Positions 12,665 through 25,292 of a stretch of 64,000 nt of DNA are shown piece by piece. The position numbers and the translations under genes were made by a program. The DNA comes from an uncultured Gammaproteobacteria bacterium. Lineage in GTDB: Bacteria > Pseudomonadota > Gammaproteobacteria > UBA9214. The DNA lies in assembly GCA_963748215.1 (NCBI GenBank), contig CAVVHS010000006.1:988355-1052354 (forward strand), in the 5' to 3' direction. The notes beneath the pieces were generated by a model. That model was not told the DNA's origin. It worked only from the letters and a program-made list of their open reading frames with translations, and did no database searches. How positions within the stretch are numbered: the first letter of the stretch is position 1; each line of letters starts with the position of its first letter.

Positions 12665-12713
12665 GACCGCATTGCTCACCGGGCGGTGCCTGTCCCGGTG
12701 AGAATGCGGGCTA
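12665..12713. repeat. Miniature hairpin copy of the GCCCGCATT..CTCACCGGG terminal-repeat element, abutting the truB stop
   Basis: ccgcattgctcaccggg ... cccggtgagaatgcgggcta; ends nearly identical to the element at 61548-61793. Confidence 0.7.
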
Positions 12714-13637
12714 GCGACCGCCCGCCATCAGCCGGCGCGGTGCGACCCGACCGTCGTCCAGGATCTCGCCCATGCCCATGAACTCACGGTCGCCCTCGTA
12801 CAGCCGCACCCAGCCCTGCGACGGCGCCTGGGGCACCTGCACCGGCTGGCCCTGACGGATGTAGAAGGCCGCATCCCCGCTCAGGCGTACCCCCGGCCAC
12901 TGGGCCAGGCCGCTTTCAACCGGCAGCAGGATGCCATCCAGCGCCGCAAAACCCTCGGCGGCGAGACCCTGCAGGGTCTCCAGGTCATACAGGCTGCTGT
13001 CGTCGAACGGCCCGACACTGAGCCGCCGCAGGTCGGCGACATGTGCCCCGCAGCCCAGCACCGCACCCAGATCCTCAACCAGGGTGCGTACATAGGTGCC
13101 CTTGGAGCAATGCACGCTGATCTCGGCGATGTCGTCGTGAAGTGACAGCAGTTCCAGGGCATGGATGGTGACACTGCGCGGTTCGCGTACCACTTCGACG
13201 CCCTGGCGGGCCAGCTTGTACAGCCGCTCGCCCTTGTGCTTGAGGGCCGAGTACATGGGCGGCACCTGCTCGATTTCACCACGGAAGCCATCCATGGCCG
13301 CGCGGATCTGCGCCCCGGTGACCGTATCCGACGGCATGCGCTCGATGATCTCGCCCTCGGAGTCGCCGGTCGTGGTCCGTTCGCCGAGCTTGCAGAAGAC
13401 GTGGTAACGCTTGTCTGCTTCGAGCAGGAACCCGGAAATCTTGGTCGCCTCGCCGAAGCAGACCGGCAGCAGGCCGGTCGCCAGCGGGTCGAGGCTGCCG
13501 GTATGACCTGCCTTGCGCGCCTGGTAGAGCTTCTTCACCGCCTGCAGGGCCGCGTTGGAGGTCAGCCCGGCCGGCTTGTCCAGCAACAGGATCCCGTTGA
13601 CGTTGCGCAGGTTGCCGCGTTTTTGATGTCTGCCCAT
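12711..13637 (-). CDS. truB: tRNA pseudouridine(55) synthase
   Basis: LLDKP.G, KAGHTGSLDPLATG, QVPPMYSALK, CSKGTYVRTL. Confidence 0.97.
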   Translation of the reverse strand: MGRHQKRGNLRNVNGILLLDKPAGLTSNAALQAVKKLYQARKAGHTGSLDPLATGLLPVCFGEATKISGFLLEADKRYHVFCKLGERTTTGDSEGEIIERMPSDTVTGAQIRAAMDGFRGEIEQVPPMYSALKHKGERLYKLARQGVEVVREPRSVTIHALELLSLHDDIAEISVHCSKGTYVRTLVEDLGAVLGCGAHVADLRRLSVGPFDDSSLYDLETLQGLAAEGFAALDGILLPVESGLAQWPGVRLSGDAAFYIRQGQPVQVPQAPSQGWVRLYEGDREFMGMGEILDDGRVAPRRLMAGGR

Positions 13638-13777
13638 GTAACCTCAAAGGGACTATTACCCTGTAGTACTTCCAGCACCAGGTGAGCCCGGTTAAACCGC
13701 CATTGCAAGGAACGGAGTGTCGCGTTGATCAGGGGTTCCCTGGATATATGTCCAGGCGCATCGCTCGGAACAAACCG

Positions 13778-14152
13778 CTACTCCTCGCCCTTGTTGCCCT
13801 TGTCGCTGGCGATGGCCCGGTTGATCAGCGCGCCGATCCGCGCACCCTCTTCCAGTGACCGGTCAAGGAAAAAATGCAGCTCGGGTATTACGCGCATATG
13901 CATGCTCTTGCCCAGCTTGTGACGCAGGTAGCCCGCAGCATGCTTCAATACGGTCATCGATTCGGCGACCTGCTCCTCGCTGCCGAACACCGAAACGTAT
14001 ACCTTGGCATGCCCGAGGTCGCGCGAAACGCTGACCGCCGAAATGCTGATCATACCCAGCCGCGGGTCCTTCAGCTCATTCTGGATCAGCGCGGCAAGCT
14101 CGCGCTGGACCTGCTCGCCGACACGGTGCGTCCTGGGAAATTCTCTGGGCAT
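13778..14152 (-). CDS. rbfA: 30S ribosome-binding factor A
   Basis: RVGEQVQRELA, KDPRLG, VSRDL.HAKVY, PELHF. Confidence 0.96.
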   Translation of the reverse strand: MPREFPRTHRVGEQVQRELAALIQNELKDPRLGMISISAVSVSRDLGHAKVYVSVFGSEEQVAESMTVLKHAAGYLRHKLGKSMHMRVIPELHFFLDRSLEEGARIGALINRAIASDKGNKGEE

Positions 14153-14160
14153 GATATTTA

Positions 14161-14211
14161 AATCGGGGACAGACCCCGATTATTGCCATGCAACAATCGG
14201 GGTCTGTCCCC
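14161..14211. repeat. REP-like inverted doublet (GGGGACAGACCCC family)
   Basis: ggggacagaccccgatt (14165-14181) and its exact reverse complement (14195-14211). Confidence 0.8.
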
Positions 14212-14227
14212 AGTCTGTTTCCGTCTG

Positions 14228-16798
14228 CTACAGCGTGCGCGCCACTTCGACGCGCTCGAACACCTCGATCTGGTCGCCGGCCTTGACGCTGTAGTTCTTC
14301 ACCCCGATGCCGCACTCGGTACCGGCCTTGACCTCGTTGACGTCGTCCTTGAAGCGCCGCAAGGACTCGAGCTCGCCTTCGAAGATGACCACGTTGTCAC
14401 GCAGCACGCGGATCGGCGAACTGCGCCGCACCACACCGTCGAGCACGATACTGCCGGCGATATCGCCCAGCTTGCGCGACTTGAACACTTCCTTCACCTC
14501 GGCCAGCCCGATGATATCCTCGCGCACCTCGGGTGACAGCATGCCGGTGGCTATCGCCTTGACGTCGTCGATCGCATTGTAGATCACGCTGTAGTACTTG
14601 AGATTGACATTGTTCTCCTCGACCAGGCGTTTCGACGAGGCATCCGCGCGCACGTTGAAGCCGATGATCATGGCGTTGGAGGCCATCGCCAGGTTCACGT
14701 CGGTCTCGTTGATGCCGCCGACGCCGGATGACACCACCTTGACCTTCACGTCCTCCGCCTCGGAAGTGATATTGGTCAGGGCCTCCCGGAGCGCCTCCGC
14801 GCTGCCCTGCACATCGGCCTTGAGCACGATATTCACGGTCGGGCGTTCTCCCTCGGCAGCCGCAGAGAACACGTCTTCCATGCGGGTCGCCTGTTTGGCG
14901 AGGCGCTGGTCACGCGAGCGTTCCTGGCGCAGCTGCGCCAGCTCACGCGCCTTGCGCTCGTCGGCCACCACCATGACCTCTTCGCCGGCACCCGGCACGG
15001 CCGACAGGCCGAGTACCAGCGCCGGAATGGACGGCCCGGCCTCGTCGATCTGGCGCCCGGTTTCGTCGAACATCGCGCGTACGCGGCCGTACTCGCTACC
15101 CGTCAGGATCAGGTCACCCTTCCTCAGCACGCCATTCTGGACCAGGACGGTAGCCACGGCACCGCGGCCCTTGTCGAGACTGGATTCGACCACGATACCG
15201 GTGGCCGGGCACTCGTACACAGCCGTCAGCTCGAGCACCTCGGCCTGCAGCAGTACCGCGTCGAGCAGGTTATCGATGCCTTCGCCGGTCTTGGCTGACA
15301 CCGGCACGAACATGGTGTCGCCACCCCAGTCTTCAGGCACCACCTGCAGCGCGGCCATCTCGCTCTTGACGCGCTCCGGATCGGCATCCGGCTTGTCGAT
15401 CTTGTTGACCGCGATCACCATCGGCACGCCGGCCGCCTTGGCATGCTGGACGGCCTCCCTGGTTTGCGGCTTGACACCGTCGTCGGCGGCAACCACCAGG
15501 ATGACGACGTCGGTCACGCCGGCGCCGCGTGCGCGCATCGCGGTGAAGGCTGCATGGCCCGGGGTATCCAGGAAGCTGATCATGCCCTTGTCGGTTTCCA
15601 CGTGATAGGCGCCGATGTGCTGGGTAATGCCGCCAGCCTCGCCCTCGGCGACGCGGGTACGGCGGATATAGTCGAGCAGCGATGTCTTGCCGTGGTCGAC
15701 ATGGCCCATGATGGTGACCACTGGCGGCCGCGGCAGCCGCTCGCCGCTGACTTCCTCGATCTTCTGCTTGAGTTCCTGCTCCAGCGCATCTTCCTGCAGC
15801 GGCTTCGCGATATGCCCCATTTCCTCGACCACCAGCGAGGCCGTATCCTGGTCCAGCGCCTGGTTGATGGTGGCCATGACGCCAATCCTCATCAGCGTCT
15901 TGATCACCTCGGCGGATTTCACCGACATCTTGCGCGCCAGGTCGGCCACCGAAATGCTTTCCGGGATACCGACTTCGTACACGACCGTGGCGGTCGGCAA
16001 TGCAAAACCGTGTTCACCGGTCGATTCGATGGTGACACGGCGCGATGTCTTGGTCTTCTTCTTGCGACGCCCGCCCTTGCCGGCAGTGACGTGCAGTTCC
16101 TTGCGGCCGTACTTGGTACCGCGCTCCTCGCTGTCGCTGCGCCCGTGACGCGACTTGCGGTCGCCTTCAGCCGGTTTCTTGTGGCGTCCGTCGTCCGGCT
16201 CGGCGCGCGTGCGCGTTTCGCTTGCTGCCAGCGACTGCTTGCGCGCCTCTTCAGCGGCCTGCTGCCGCGCCTCGCGCTCGGCCTGCAGGCGTTTCTCCTC
16301 GGCTGCCTTCTCTTCCTCCAGCTTGAGCAGCGCCTCCTCGCGCTGCTTGCGCTCGGCCTCGTCGCGCGCCTGTATTTCGGCTTGCTCTAATGCCTTCTCC
16401 TCGGCCTCGCGGTCGAGGCGTTCCTTCTCCTCGGCGACCAGATCGGCGCGTTTGACGTAGGTACGCTTCTTGCGCACTTCCACCGTCACGGTGCGCGCCT
16501 CGGGTCGGGCGGTGCGCAATGCACTCCGGCCCGCCGGGCCGCGCCCTGCTGGCACGGTGGCGCGCAATTCGCTCTGCGTCTTGCGCTTCAGCGAAATCTT
16601 GCTGGGGCCCGCTGCCGAAAGCGCGCCGCGCTTGCCGTGGCTCTTGCGCAGGAAGTCCAGTAACTGCGTCTTCTCGGTATCCGAAATGGTCGCATTCTCG
16701 TCGTTGATCTCGAGACCGGCCTCGCTCAGCTGCGTCAGCAGCCGGTCAGTGGGCACACCAACCACTTCGGCGAATTGTTTTACCGTGACATTCGTCAT
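14228..16798 (-). CDS. infB: Translation initiation factor IF-2
   Basis: [31 protein letters not shown]. Confidence 0.98.
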   Translation of the reverse strand: MTNVTVKQFAEVVGVPTDRLLTQLSEAGLEINDENATISDTEKTQLLDFLRKSHGKRGALSAAGPSKISLKRKTQSELRATVPAGRGPAGRSALRTARPEARTVTVEVRKKRTYVKRADLVAEEKERLDREAEEKALEQAEIQARDEAERKQREEALLKLEEEKAAEEKRLQAEREARQQAAEEARKQSLAASETRTRAEPDDGRHKKPAEGDRKSRHGRSDSEERGTKYGRKELHVTAGKGGRRKKKTKTSRRVTIESTGEHGFALPTATVVYEVGIPESISVADLARKMSVKSAEVIKTLMRIGVMATINQALDQDTASLVVEEMGHIAKPLQEDALEQELKQKIEEVSGERLPRPPVVTIMGHVDHGKTSLLDYIRRTRVAEGEAGGITQHIGAYHVETDKGMISFLDTPGHAAFTAMRARGAGVTDVVILVVAADDGVKPQTREAVQHAKAAGVPMVIAVNKIDKPDADPERVKSEMAALQVVPEDWGGDTMFVPVSAKTGEGIDNLLDAVLLQAEVLELTAVYECPATGIVVESSLDKGRGAVATVLVQNGVLRKGDLILTGSEYGRVRAMFDETGRQIDEAGPSIPALVLGLSAVPGAGEEVMVVADERKARELAQLRQERSRDQRLAKQATRMEDVFSAAAEGERPTVNIVLKADVQGSAEALREALTNITSEAEDVKVKVVSSGVGGINETDVNLAMASNAMIIGFNVRADASSKRLVEENNVNLKYYSVIYNAIDDVKAIATGMLSPEVREDIIGLAEVKEVFKSRKLGDIAGSIVLDGVVRRSSPIRVLRDNVVIFEGELESLRRFKDDVNEVKAGTECGIGVKNYSVKAGDQIEVFERVEVARTL

Positions 16799-16821
16799 TG
16801 CCTGTCTTGCTCCTCGATGCT

Positions 16822-18381
16822 TCAGTCAGTCGCCTCTGCGGCGAACCAGGGCGCGCGCGCCGCCATGATCAGCGTACCGGCCCTTTCCTCATCCATGCCT
16901 TCGATATCCATCAGCTCGTCGACTGCCTGTTCCGCCAGGTCCTCCATGGTGACCACGCCGCGCCCGGCCAGCTCGAAGGCCAGTGCCGAGTCCATGCCTT
17001 CCATGCTCAGCAAATCCTCGGCGGGCTCGGCATCACCCAGCTTCTCTTCTTTCATGATGGCCTGTGTCAGCAGCACGTCGCGCGCACGCCCGCGCAGCTC
17101 GTTGACCATGTCTTCATCGAATTCCTCGATGGCGAGCAGTTCGCTGTTGGGTACGTAGACGATCTCCTCGATGGTGGAAAAACCTTCCTGCACCAGGATG
17201 TCGGCAATTTCCTTGTCGACGTCGAGATGCTCGACGAACAGCTGCTGCAGACGATGCGCCTCGGCCTCGCTCTTCTCTTCCGCCTGCGCCTCGTCCATCA
17301 CGTTCAGCACCCAGCCGGTCAGCTGGCTGGCCAGCCGCACGTTCTGCCCGGCGCGACCAATCGCCTGCGAAAGCTGGTCTTCGTTGACGGCGATATCCAT
17401 GGTGTGTGTCTCTTCGTCGACCACGATGGACGCCACTTCCGCCGGCGACATGGCATTGATCACGAACTGCGCCGGATTGTCGTCCCACAGGATGATATCC
17501 ACGCGCTCGCCGGACAGTTCCGTTGACACAGTCTGTACGCGCGAGCCACGCATGCCGACGCAGGCGCCGACCGGATCGATGCGCGGATCATTGCTCTTCA
17601 CCGCGATCTTCGCCCGCAGGCCCGGGTCGCGGGCGGCGCCAAGGATCTCGATCAGGCCCTGCCCGACCTCGGGCACTTCCAGCTTGAACAGCTCGAGCAG
17701 GAAATCCGGGGCCACGCGGCTGACGAACAGTTGCGGTCCACGCTGCTCCGAGCTGACCTCGCGCAGGTAGCCGCGCAGACGATCACCCGGCCGCACGGCC
17801 TCGCGCGGAATCATTTCCTCGCGCAGGATGATGGCCTCGGCATTGCTGCCCAGGTCCATGTAGACATTGCCGCGTTCGACACGCTTGACGATGCCGGTCA
17901 CCAGTTCGCCCACGCGGTGCCTGTAGGCCTCAACCACCATGGCGCGTTCCGCCTCGCGCACCTTCTGCACGATCACCTGCTTGGCGGTCTGGGCGCCGAT
18001 GCGGCCGAACTCGACATTGTCCATCGGTTCCTCAATCCAGGAACCGTGTTCCAGCGACGGGTCCATTTCCTTGGCGGCGGCCAGGGTGAACTGGCGCTCC
18101 GGCGCATCGAATACCAGCACGTCCTCGTCTGCCTCGGCATCAGCGGTCCCGGCCCCGGTCTCGGTCTCGGCCAGCGTCTCGTCGACGACCTGCCAGCGGC
18201 GGAAGGTCCGGTATTCCCCGGTCTTGCGGTCGATCTCGACGCGCGCGTCGAGATCGCCGGTCGCACGCTTGCGCGTTGCCGTCGCCAGCGCACTCTCGAT
18301 GGCCTCGAAGATCACTTCCTTGTCGATACCCTTTTCATTGGATACCGTGTCCACGACCATCAGTATTTCTTTACTGTCCAT
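16822..18381 (-). CDS. nusA: Transcription elongation factor NusA
   Basis: [54 protein letters not shown]-terminal acidic repeats. Confidence 0.98.
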   Translation of the reverse strand: MDSKEILMVVDTVSNEKGIDKEVIFEAIESALATATRKRATGDLDARVEIDRKTGEYRTFRRWQVVDETLAETETGAGTADAEADEDVLVFDAPERQFTLAAAKEMDPSLEHGSWIEEPMDNVEFGRIGAQTAKQVIVQKVREAERAMVVEAYRHRVGELVTGIVKRVERGNVYMDLGSNAEAIILREEMIPREAVRPGDRLRGYLREVSSEQRGPQLFVSRVAPDFLLELFKLEVPEVGQGLIEILGAARDPGLRAKIAVKSNDPRIDPVGACVGMRGSRVQTVSTELSGERVDIILWDDNPAQFVINAMSPAEVASIVVDEETHTMDIAVNEDQLSQAIGRAGQNVRLASQLTGWVLNVMDEAQAEEKSEAEAHRLQQLFVEHLDVDKEIADILVQEGFSTIEEIVYVPNSELLAIEEFDEDMVNELRGRARDVLLTQAIMKEEKLGDAEPAEDLLSMEGMDSALAFELAGRGVVTMEDLAEQAVDELMDIEGMDEERAGTLIMAARAPWFAAEATD

Positions 18382-18402
18382 TAACGACCTCCACGTGCCG
18401 CG

Positions 18403-18858
18403 TCAGTATTCGGGTACCAGACGCGCCTGTTCAATCTGTTCATAAGGCAGGCTGACCTGCTCTCCATCCTGTTCGATAACTACCGTGTCATCCTGCAAGC
18501 CCAGCAGACGTCCCTTGAACTTGCGCTGCCCCTCGAGCGGAAAACGCATGCGCACGCGCACATCATGTCCGGCAAAACGCTCGAAGTCCCGCGGCCGGAA
18601 CAACAGCCGGTCGAGTCCGGGGGACGACACCTCCAGCGTGTAGTGCCCCGGTATCGGGTCCTCCACATCGAGCACACCGCTGACCTGGTAGCTGACGCGC
18701 TGGCAATCATCCGCGGAGATGCCATTCTCGCTGTCTATGTAGACACGCAGCAGGCCACCAGCCTTGCCACCGTGGTATTCCACGCCGACCAGCTCGTAAC
18801 CCATCGACCGGATACCCGGTTCCAGCATTTCGTCGATATGTAACGGATCCTGCTTCAT
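18403..18858 (-). CDS. rimP: Ribosome maturation factor RimP
   Basis: LRVYID, DVEDPI, YTLEVSSPGLDR; ATG 18858 preceded by GGAGA. Confidence 0.95.
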   Translation of the reverse strand: MKQDPLHIDEMLEPGIRSMGYELVGVEYHGGKAGGLLRVYIDSENGISADDCQRVSYQVSGVLDVEDPIPGHYTLEVSSPGLDRLLFRPRDFERFAGHDVRVRMRFPLEGQRKFKGRLLGLQDDTVVIEQDGEQVSLPYEQIEQARLVPEY

Positions 18859-18874
18859 GCCGTTCTCCGGAAAC

Positions 18875-18897
18875 AAAAAATGGGCCAAAGGCCCACT
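18875..18897 (-). promoter_or_regulatory. rimP leader terminator-like hairpin
   Basis: Minus strand TGGGCC-TTT-GGCCCA-TTTTTT just upstream of the rimP RBS, where the gammaproteobacterial rimP leader lies. Confidence 0.6.
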
Positions 18898-19018
18898 CCA
18901 TGAACTCCGAAATTGTTCTTTCGGGAGTATAGCAAAATCCCATACTCCAGCCCAAACCTCACGCCGTGGAATCCGTTCCGGGCTACTCGAACCGTGTGAC
19001 GGGTTCTGTCAACAAAAT

Positions 19019-19095
<77 letters not shown>

Positions 19096-19108
19096 TCAAC
19101 GGCGATGA

Positions 19109-19137
19109 AGTGTAGCGACAGACTTGCACGTTTTCAA
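19109..19137 (-). promoter_or_regulatory. Putative sigma70 promoter of tRNA-fMet-rimP operon
   Basis: Minus strand TTGAAA-17 nt-TACACT, 14 nt before the tRNA. Confidence 0.65.
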
Positions 19138-19257
19138 GAGTCAGCGAGCAAAAACCCAATGGAAATCAGCAGAAATCCTCTAAGGCCGCGATTATCCGAA
19201 CGGAATCGGCCATTGCGGCCCGCAGCCCCGGCAGGGTGCGGGCCGGTTCTTCCCCGG

Positions 19258-19737
19258 CTATTTGCGTGGCACGTAGGCGAGATTCTTGTGCCAGAACTCG
19301 ACCACGTAGTTGATCCGCGGATGGATCTTTTCCCGGAACTGGTTGAGATCGCACAGGTGCACCCAGCGGCACTCGATGATGCCCTCTTCCACCTGCGGGC
19401 GGACATCGTCGTTATGTCCGTTGTAATGCATCATGTACCAGTGGGTTTTCTTGAGGTATTTCTGCATGCCGTGGCGTGTGGTATGCCAGGTGGGCACCAG
19501 CTTGCCCGTGATCACGAGCTTCTCCTCTTTCAGGCCGGTCTCCTCGTGCACCTCGCGCAGTGCAGCCTTTTCGTAGCCGTCCGCCTCGACACGCCCCTTG
19601 GGCAAATCCCACTTGCCGCGCTTGAAGATCATGAGGATACAGTTGTCTTCGCTGCACACCAGTCCGCCCGCCGATTCGATCAATGGCAAGCCGATTGTGT
19701 CCTGCAGGTTGTACTTTTCGACAGTTTCGCTTGGCAT
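19258..19737 (-). CDS. NUDIX hydrolase
   Basis: SAGGLV, GKWDLPKG...ALREVHEETGL Nudix box. Confidence 0.9.
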   Translation of the reverse strand: MPSETVEKYNLQDTIGLPLIESAGGLVCSEDNCILMIFKRGKWDLPKGRVEADGYEKAALREVHEETGLKEEKLVITGKLVPTWHTTRHGMQKYLKKTHWYMMHYNGHNDDVRPQVEEGIIECRWVHLCDLNQFREKIHPRINYVVEFWHKNLAYVPRK

Positions 19738-19959
19738 TGTCTATCCCGTCTGAGCGGTGCTTGCAGGGTTTCAGGGCAGGTGCATCTTACCAGCAATTTC
19801 CCGCCTGGCCGCCTTTTTTGTTGCCGGGGCGCTGGCGCTGGCTACACGCCGCAGCCCGCAATGGCAGGCCCGGCCAGATTTAAATATCCTTATTACTTAC
19901 AATCAGTTAACTACCAATGCGCCAGGATGCCCGATGCAGTCTCCACGCGTCATGGATCG

Positions 19960-21396
19960 TCAGCTCAGTACGCTGTTGCAGAGGGCGAGCAGGCCACCCG
20001 GGAACAGCCCAAGACCGAGCACGGCGAGACCGTTTACGCTGACGACGATACGCAGGTCGGTGTTGACCGCCAGCGGTGCGTCGGATTCCGGCGTGTCGAA
20101 GTACATGAGCTTGACGAGGCGGATGTAGTAGAAGGCCCCGACGATGGAGAAGGCAACCGCGACCAGTGCCAGCCACAGCATGTCGACGTTGATCACGGCC
20201 TGCAGCACGGACAGCTTGGCGTAGAAACCCACCGTCGGCGGCACGCCGGCCATCGAGAACATCAGGATCAGCATCATCAGCGCGAACCACGGGCTGCGGT
20301 CGTTCAGGCCCTTGAAATCATCCAGGCTGTCGGCCTCGTAACCGGCCCGGCTCAGCAGGATGATAATGCCGAAGCTGCCGATCGCCATCAGCGCGTAGGT
20401 GATGGCGTAGAACATGGCGGCGGAATAGCCCTGCGCGGTCCCCGCCAGGATTCCCAGCAGCAGGAAGCCGACATGCGAGATGGTCGAATAGGCCAGCATG
20501 CGCTTCAGGTTGGTCTGCGCGATGGCGACCACGTTGCCGATGGCCAGCGAAAGCACGGACAGGATCGCCAGCATGCCCTGCCAGTCAACCACCAGCCCGC
20601 CCAGCGTCTCGGCCAGCAGGCGCATGGCCATGGCGAAGGCGGCGATCTTCGGTGCACTGCCGATGAACAGGGTCACCGCCGTCGGCGCACCGTGGTAGAC
20701 GTCCGGCACCCACATGTGGAAAGGCACGGCGCCGAATTTGAAGGCAAGGCCAACCACGATAAAGCATAACCCGAACACCAGGATCATCCCCTTGTCCTGC
20801 GTGTCGCCGATCACCGTCGCGATGCGGGTGATATCCAGGCTGCCGGTCGCGCCGTAGATCATGGACATGCCGTACAGCAGCATGCCGGAGGCCAGCGCAC
20901 CGAGCACAAAATACTTCATCGCCGCCTCGGAGGCCGGCGCGGAGTCACGGTCGAAGGCCACCATCGCGTACAGCGACAGCGACAGCAGTTCCAGCCCGAG
21001 ATAGATCGTCAGCAGGCTGTGCGCCGACACCATCACCTGCATGCCCAGCACCGCGAACAGCCCCAGCACGTAGTACTCGCCGCGCAGGGCGCCCTGGGTG
21101 GTCAGGTAGCTGCGCGCATAGGCAAAGGCGCCGACCACCACCAGGAAGATGCTGGTCTTGAGCAGCGCCGCCATCGGGTCGTGAACGAACATGTCGCCCA
21201 GCGCCAGGGTGCGCCCGGTATCCAGCGTGCCGGCGCTGATCAGGGCGGCGGCCAGCAGGGTCAGCTGGGCCAGCACGTAGCTGAGCTGCGGCCGGCGCTG
21301 GCCGAAGAAGGCCTCCAGCACCAGGATGGCGCAGGCCATGCAGAGCACGAACACCTCGGGCAGGAACAGCGCGAATTCGTTCAGCGGAATAGTCAT
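19960..21396 (-). CDS. nuoN: NADH-quinone oxidoreductase subunit N
   Basis: [46 protein letters not shown]; ATG 21396 has GAGGTG upstream (GTG 21405 alternative). Confidence 0.96.
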   Translation of the reverse strand: MTIPLNEFALFLPEVFVLCMACAILVLEAFFGQRRPQLSYVLAQLTLLAAALISAGTLDTGRTLALGDMFVHDPMAALLKTSIFLVVVGAFAYARSYLTTQGALRGEYYVLGLFAVLGMQVMVSAHSLLTIYLGLELLSLSLYAMVAFDRDSAPASEAAMKYFVLGALASGMLLYGMSMIYGATGSLDITRIATVIGDTQDKGMILVFGLCFIVVGLAFKFGAVPFHMWVPDVYHGAPTAVTLFIGSAPKIAAFAMAMRLLAETLGGLVVDWQGMLAILSVLSLAIGNVVAIAQTNLKRMLAYSTISHVGFLLLGILAGTAQGYSAAMFYAITYALMAIGSFGIIILLSRAGYEADSLDDFKGLNDRSPWFALMMLILMFSMAGVPPTVGFYAKLSVLQAVINVDMLWLALVAVAFSIVGAFYYIRLVKLMYFDTPESDAPLAVNTDLRIVVSVNGLAVLGLGLFPGGLLALCNSVLS

Positions 21397-21406
21397 CGTT
21401 TTCACC

Positions 21407-22964
21407 TCAGGGCCGTATCGCCTGCAGCAGCGCCACCCCGGTTTCGGCGGGCGGCAGCTTGCTCACGGACAGGTGCAGCAACAGGTTGTCGACGCTGGCA
21501 TGCATCACCTCGACCAGCGGCGCCGGCCACAGGCCGAACAGCAGCACGACCACCGCCAGGCTGCCTAGAATGAAAGTCTCGCGGCCATTGATGTCCTGTA
21601 GCTGGCGGACATCGTCATTGGCGACATCGCCGAACACCACGCGCTTGACCATCCACAGGGTGTAGGCGGCACCGAGGATCAGCGTCGTGGCGGCCAGGAA
21701 GCGCGAACCAGAAGTTCGCCTTGAAGCTGGCCAGGATCACCATGAACTCGCCGACGAAACCGGAGGTGCCGGGCAGGCCCGCGTTGGCCATGGCGAACAG
21801 CACCATGAAGGCGGCGAACACCGGCATGGTATTGACCACGCCGCCGTAGTCGCTGATCTCGCGGCTGTGCACGCGGTCATACAGCACGCCGACACACAGG
21901 AACAGCGCGCCGGAGATGAAGCCGTGCGAAATCATCTGCACCATGCCGCCTTCCATGCCGAGCGCGGCGCCCTCGACGGAGCCGGTGTTGTCCAGCAGTG
22001 TGAACACGAGGAAGATGCCGAGGGTCACGAACCCCATGTGCGCGATCGACGAGTAGGCAATCAGCTTCTTCATGTCGCTCTGCACCAGCGCGACGAAGCC
22101 GATGTAGACCACCGCGACCAGCGACATGAGGATGATCAGCCAGTCGAGCTCGTGGCTGGCATCCGGCGTGATCGGCAGGCTGAAGCGCAGGAATCCGTAG
22201 CCACCGATCTTCAGCATGATCGCGGCCAGGATCACCGAGCCGCCGGTCGGCGCCTCGACGTGCGCGTCCGGCAGCCAGGTGTGCACCGGCCACATCGGCA
22301 CCTTCACGGCAAACGCCATCAGGAAGGCCAGGAAGATCAGCATCTGCTCGGTCATGCCCAGCGGCAGCAGGTGGAAATCGAGGATGCTGAAGCTGCCGGA
22401 CTGCAGGTACATGTAGATCAGCGCGACCAGCATGAACACCGAACCGAGGAAGGTGTAGAGGAAGAACTTGATGGTGGCGTAGACGCGCCGCGGCCCGCCC
22501 CAGACGCCGATGATGAGGAACATCGGGATCAGCATCGCCTCCCAGAACACGTAGAACAGCATCGCATCCAGCGCCGCGAACACGCCGATCATCAGGCCTT
22601 CCATGATCAGGAAGGCGGCCATGTACTGCGCGGTCTTGTCCTTGATCACCTCCCAGCCGGCCAGCACCACCAGCACCGTCGTGAACGTGGTCAGGATGAT
22701 CAGCGGCATGGAGATACCGTCGACGCCGAGGTGATAGTTGACATTGAAGGCGGCGATCCAGGGGATGATTTCCTGGAACTGCATCGCGGCCGTGCTGGTT
22801 TCGAAGCCGATATAGAGCGGAACGCTGAGGATGAAGGTCAGCACGGACACGACCAGGGCCATCTCGCGACAGGCCTTGTTGCCCAGCGCGTCCATCACCA
22901 GCAAGGCGGCGCCTCCGGCGATCGGCAACCAGATCAGCAGACTCAGTAGCGGGTAATCGATCAT
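21407..22964 (-). CDS. nuoM: NADH-quinone oxidoreductase subunit M (apparent insertion near 21701)
   Basis: [42 protein letters not shown]; C-terminus in shifted frame. Confidence 0.95.
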
Positions 22965-24947
22965 GCCGCTGCCCCCGTTGTGCGGAACACGAACCAGAAC
23001 AGCATCAGCAGCAGGCCGATGATCATGCTGAAGGCATAGGTGTAGAGATGCCCGGTCTGGATACGGCGCACGACGCCGGCAGTCCAGCCCACCACGCGCG
23101 CACTGCCGTTGACGATCAGCCCGTCGATCAGCACCACGTCACCGACACGCCACAGCAACTGGCCGAGACCGCGGGCGCCGCCGGCGAACACGACCTCGTT
23201 GAAATCGTCCGCGTAGTACTTGTTGACCAGCAACTGGTAGATACCCTTGAAACGCTGCCGGACATCGTCAGCCAGCTGCGGGTTCTTCATGTAGATGTAC
23301 CAGGCCACGGCGACGCCGGCGATGGCCAGGTAGATGGCCGGGCCGCCGAAGGCGTGCAGCACGAAGCTGGCCGGGCCGTGATAATGCTCCGCCATCGCGG
23401 CCAGCACGTCGTGGTTCGCGGCGACATGAATCACGCCGTTGAACCAGTCGCCGAATACCACCGGGTCGATCAGGTAGCCGGCCAGCACCGACGGAATCGC
23501 CAGCATGATCAGCGGCACGGTCACCACCCAGGGCGTTTCGTGCAGGTGTTCGCGGGTATGGTCATCCATGCGCGGCTCGCCGTGGAACACCAGGAAGTAC
23601 AGGCGGAAGCTGTACAGCGCGGTGACGAATACGCCGGCCAGCACGGCCACGTACACGCACGCCCGCATACTGGCAGGTGCGAGTGATGCACGGCCTCGAT
23701 AATGGTGTCCTTGGAGAAGAAGCCGGAGAAGAATGGCGTGCCGATCAGCGCCAGCGAGCCGACCAGGAACGTGATCCAGGTGATCGGCATGTACTTGCGC
23801 AGCCCGCCCATCTTGCGGATGTCCTGCTCGTGGTGCATGGCGATGATCACCGAGCCGGCGGCGAGGAACAGCAGCGCCTTGAAGAAGGCATGCGTCATCA
23901 GGTGGAAGATACCGGCCGCATAGGCCGAGACGCCCAGCGCCACGGTCATGTAACCGAGCTGCGACAGCGTCGAATAGGCCACCACGCGCTTGATGTCGTT
24001 CTGCACGATGCCGAGGAAACCCATGAACAGCGCGGTGATGGCGCCGATCACCAGCACGAAGACCAGCGCCGTCTCGGACAGCTCGAACAGCGGCGACATG
24101 CGCGCCACCATGAAGATGCCGGCGGTCACCATGGTGGCCGCGTGGATCAGCGCCGAGATCGGGGTCGGGCCTTCCATGGAATCCGGCAGCCAGACATGCA
24201 GCGGCACCTGCGCGGACTTGCCCATGGCGCCGATGAACAGCAGGATGCAGATCACCGTCATCAGCGACCAGTCGACGCCGGGGATGACCTGGTACATGGT
24301 GCCCTGCTCCGCGGGCGCGGCGGCGAACACCGTCGGCGTAGTCGAGGCTGTCGAAGGTCGCATCAGATAGCCGCGATGCCGAGCAGGAAACCGAAGTCGC
24401 CGACCCGGTTGACCAGGAAGGCCTTCAGGTTGGCGTAGATCGCGCGTCGGCCGCGTGTACCAGAAACCGATCAGCAGGTAGGACACCAGGCCGACCGCCT
24501 CCCAGCCGAAGAACAGCTGCAGGAAGTTGTTGGACATCACCAGCATCAGCATGGAGAAGGTAAACAGCGCGATGTAGCTGAAGAAGCGCTGGTAACCCGG
24601 GTCGTCCTGCATGTAGCCGATGGTGTAGATATGCACCATCAGCGAGACGAAGGTGACCACGGTCATCATCAGCGCCGTCAGCTGGTCGATCAGGAAGCCG
24701 ATCTCGAAACGCACACCCTCCGTCACCATCCAGGTGTAGACCGTGCCGTTGCAGGGCTCGGCGCCGCCGAAGGCGAACTGCCTGAGCACCACCAGCGACA
24801 GCACGAAGGACGTCGCCACGCCGAGAATGGTGACCGTAGTGCGCCCCGGCACGGCCGATCGAGCGGCCGAACAGGCCGGCGAATGATGGCACCCAGCAGC
24901 GGCGCCAGCGGGATGGCAAGGTAGATCATTTTGCTGACACCGTTCAT
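22961..24947 (-). CDS. nuoL: NADH-quinone oxidoreductase subunit L (several apparent indels)
   Basis: GKSAQVPLHVWLPDSMEGPTPISALIHAATMVTAG, THAFFKALLFL; split over several frames. Confidence 0.93.
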
Positions 24948-24951
24948 GCCG

Positions 24952-25257
24952 TTACCCCTTCAGTGTATCCAGGTCCTCGACGTTGATGGTCCGGCGGTTG
25001 CGGAACAGCACGACCAGGATCGCCAGGCCGATGGCGGCCTCGGCGGCCGCCACGGTCAGGATGAAGAACACGAAGACCTGCCCCGCCGTGTCACCGAGAA
25101 AATGCGAAAACGCGATGAAGTTCATGTTCACCGCCAGCAGCATCAGCTCGATGGACATCAGCAGGATGATGACGTTCTTGCGGTTCAGGAAGATGCCCGC
25201 GACGCTCAGCGCGAACAGGATCGCCGCCAGTATCAGGTAGTCGGATAACGCAATCAT
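24952..25257 (-). CDS. nuoK: NADH-quinone oxidoreductase subunit K
   Basis: [28 protein letters not shown]. Confidence 0.96.
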   Translation of the reverse strand: MIALSDYLILAAILFALSVAGIFLNRKNVIILLMSIELMLLAVNMNFIAFSHFLGDTAGQVFVFFILTVAAAEAAIGLAILVVLFRNRRTINVEDLDTLKG

Positions 25258-25292
25258 TTCATGACGCCCTGGCCATTGCTGGCATATTTTTC

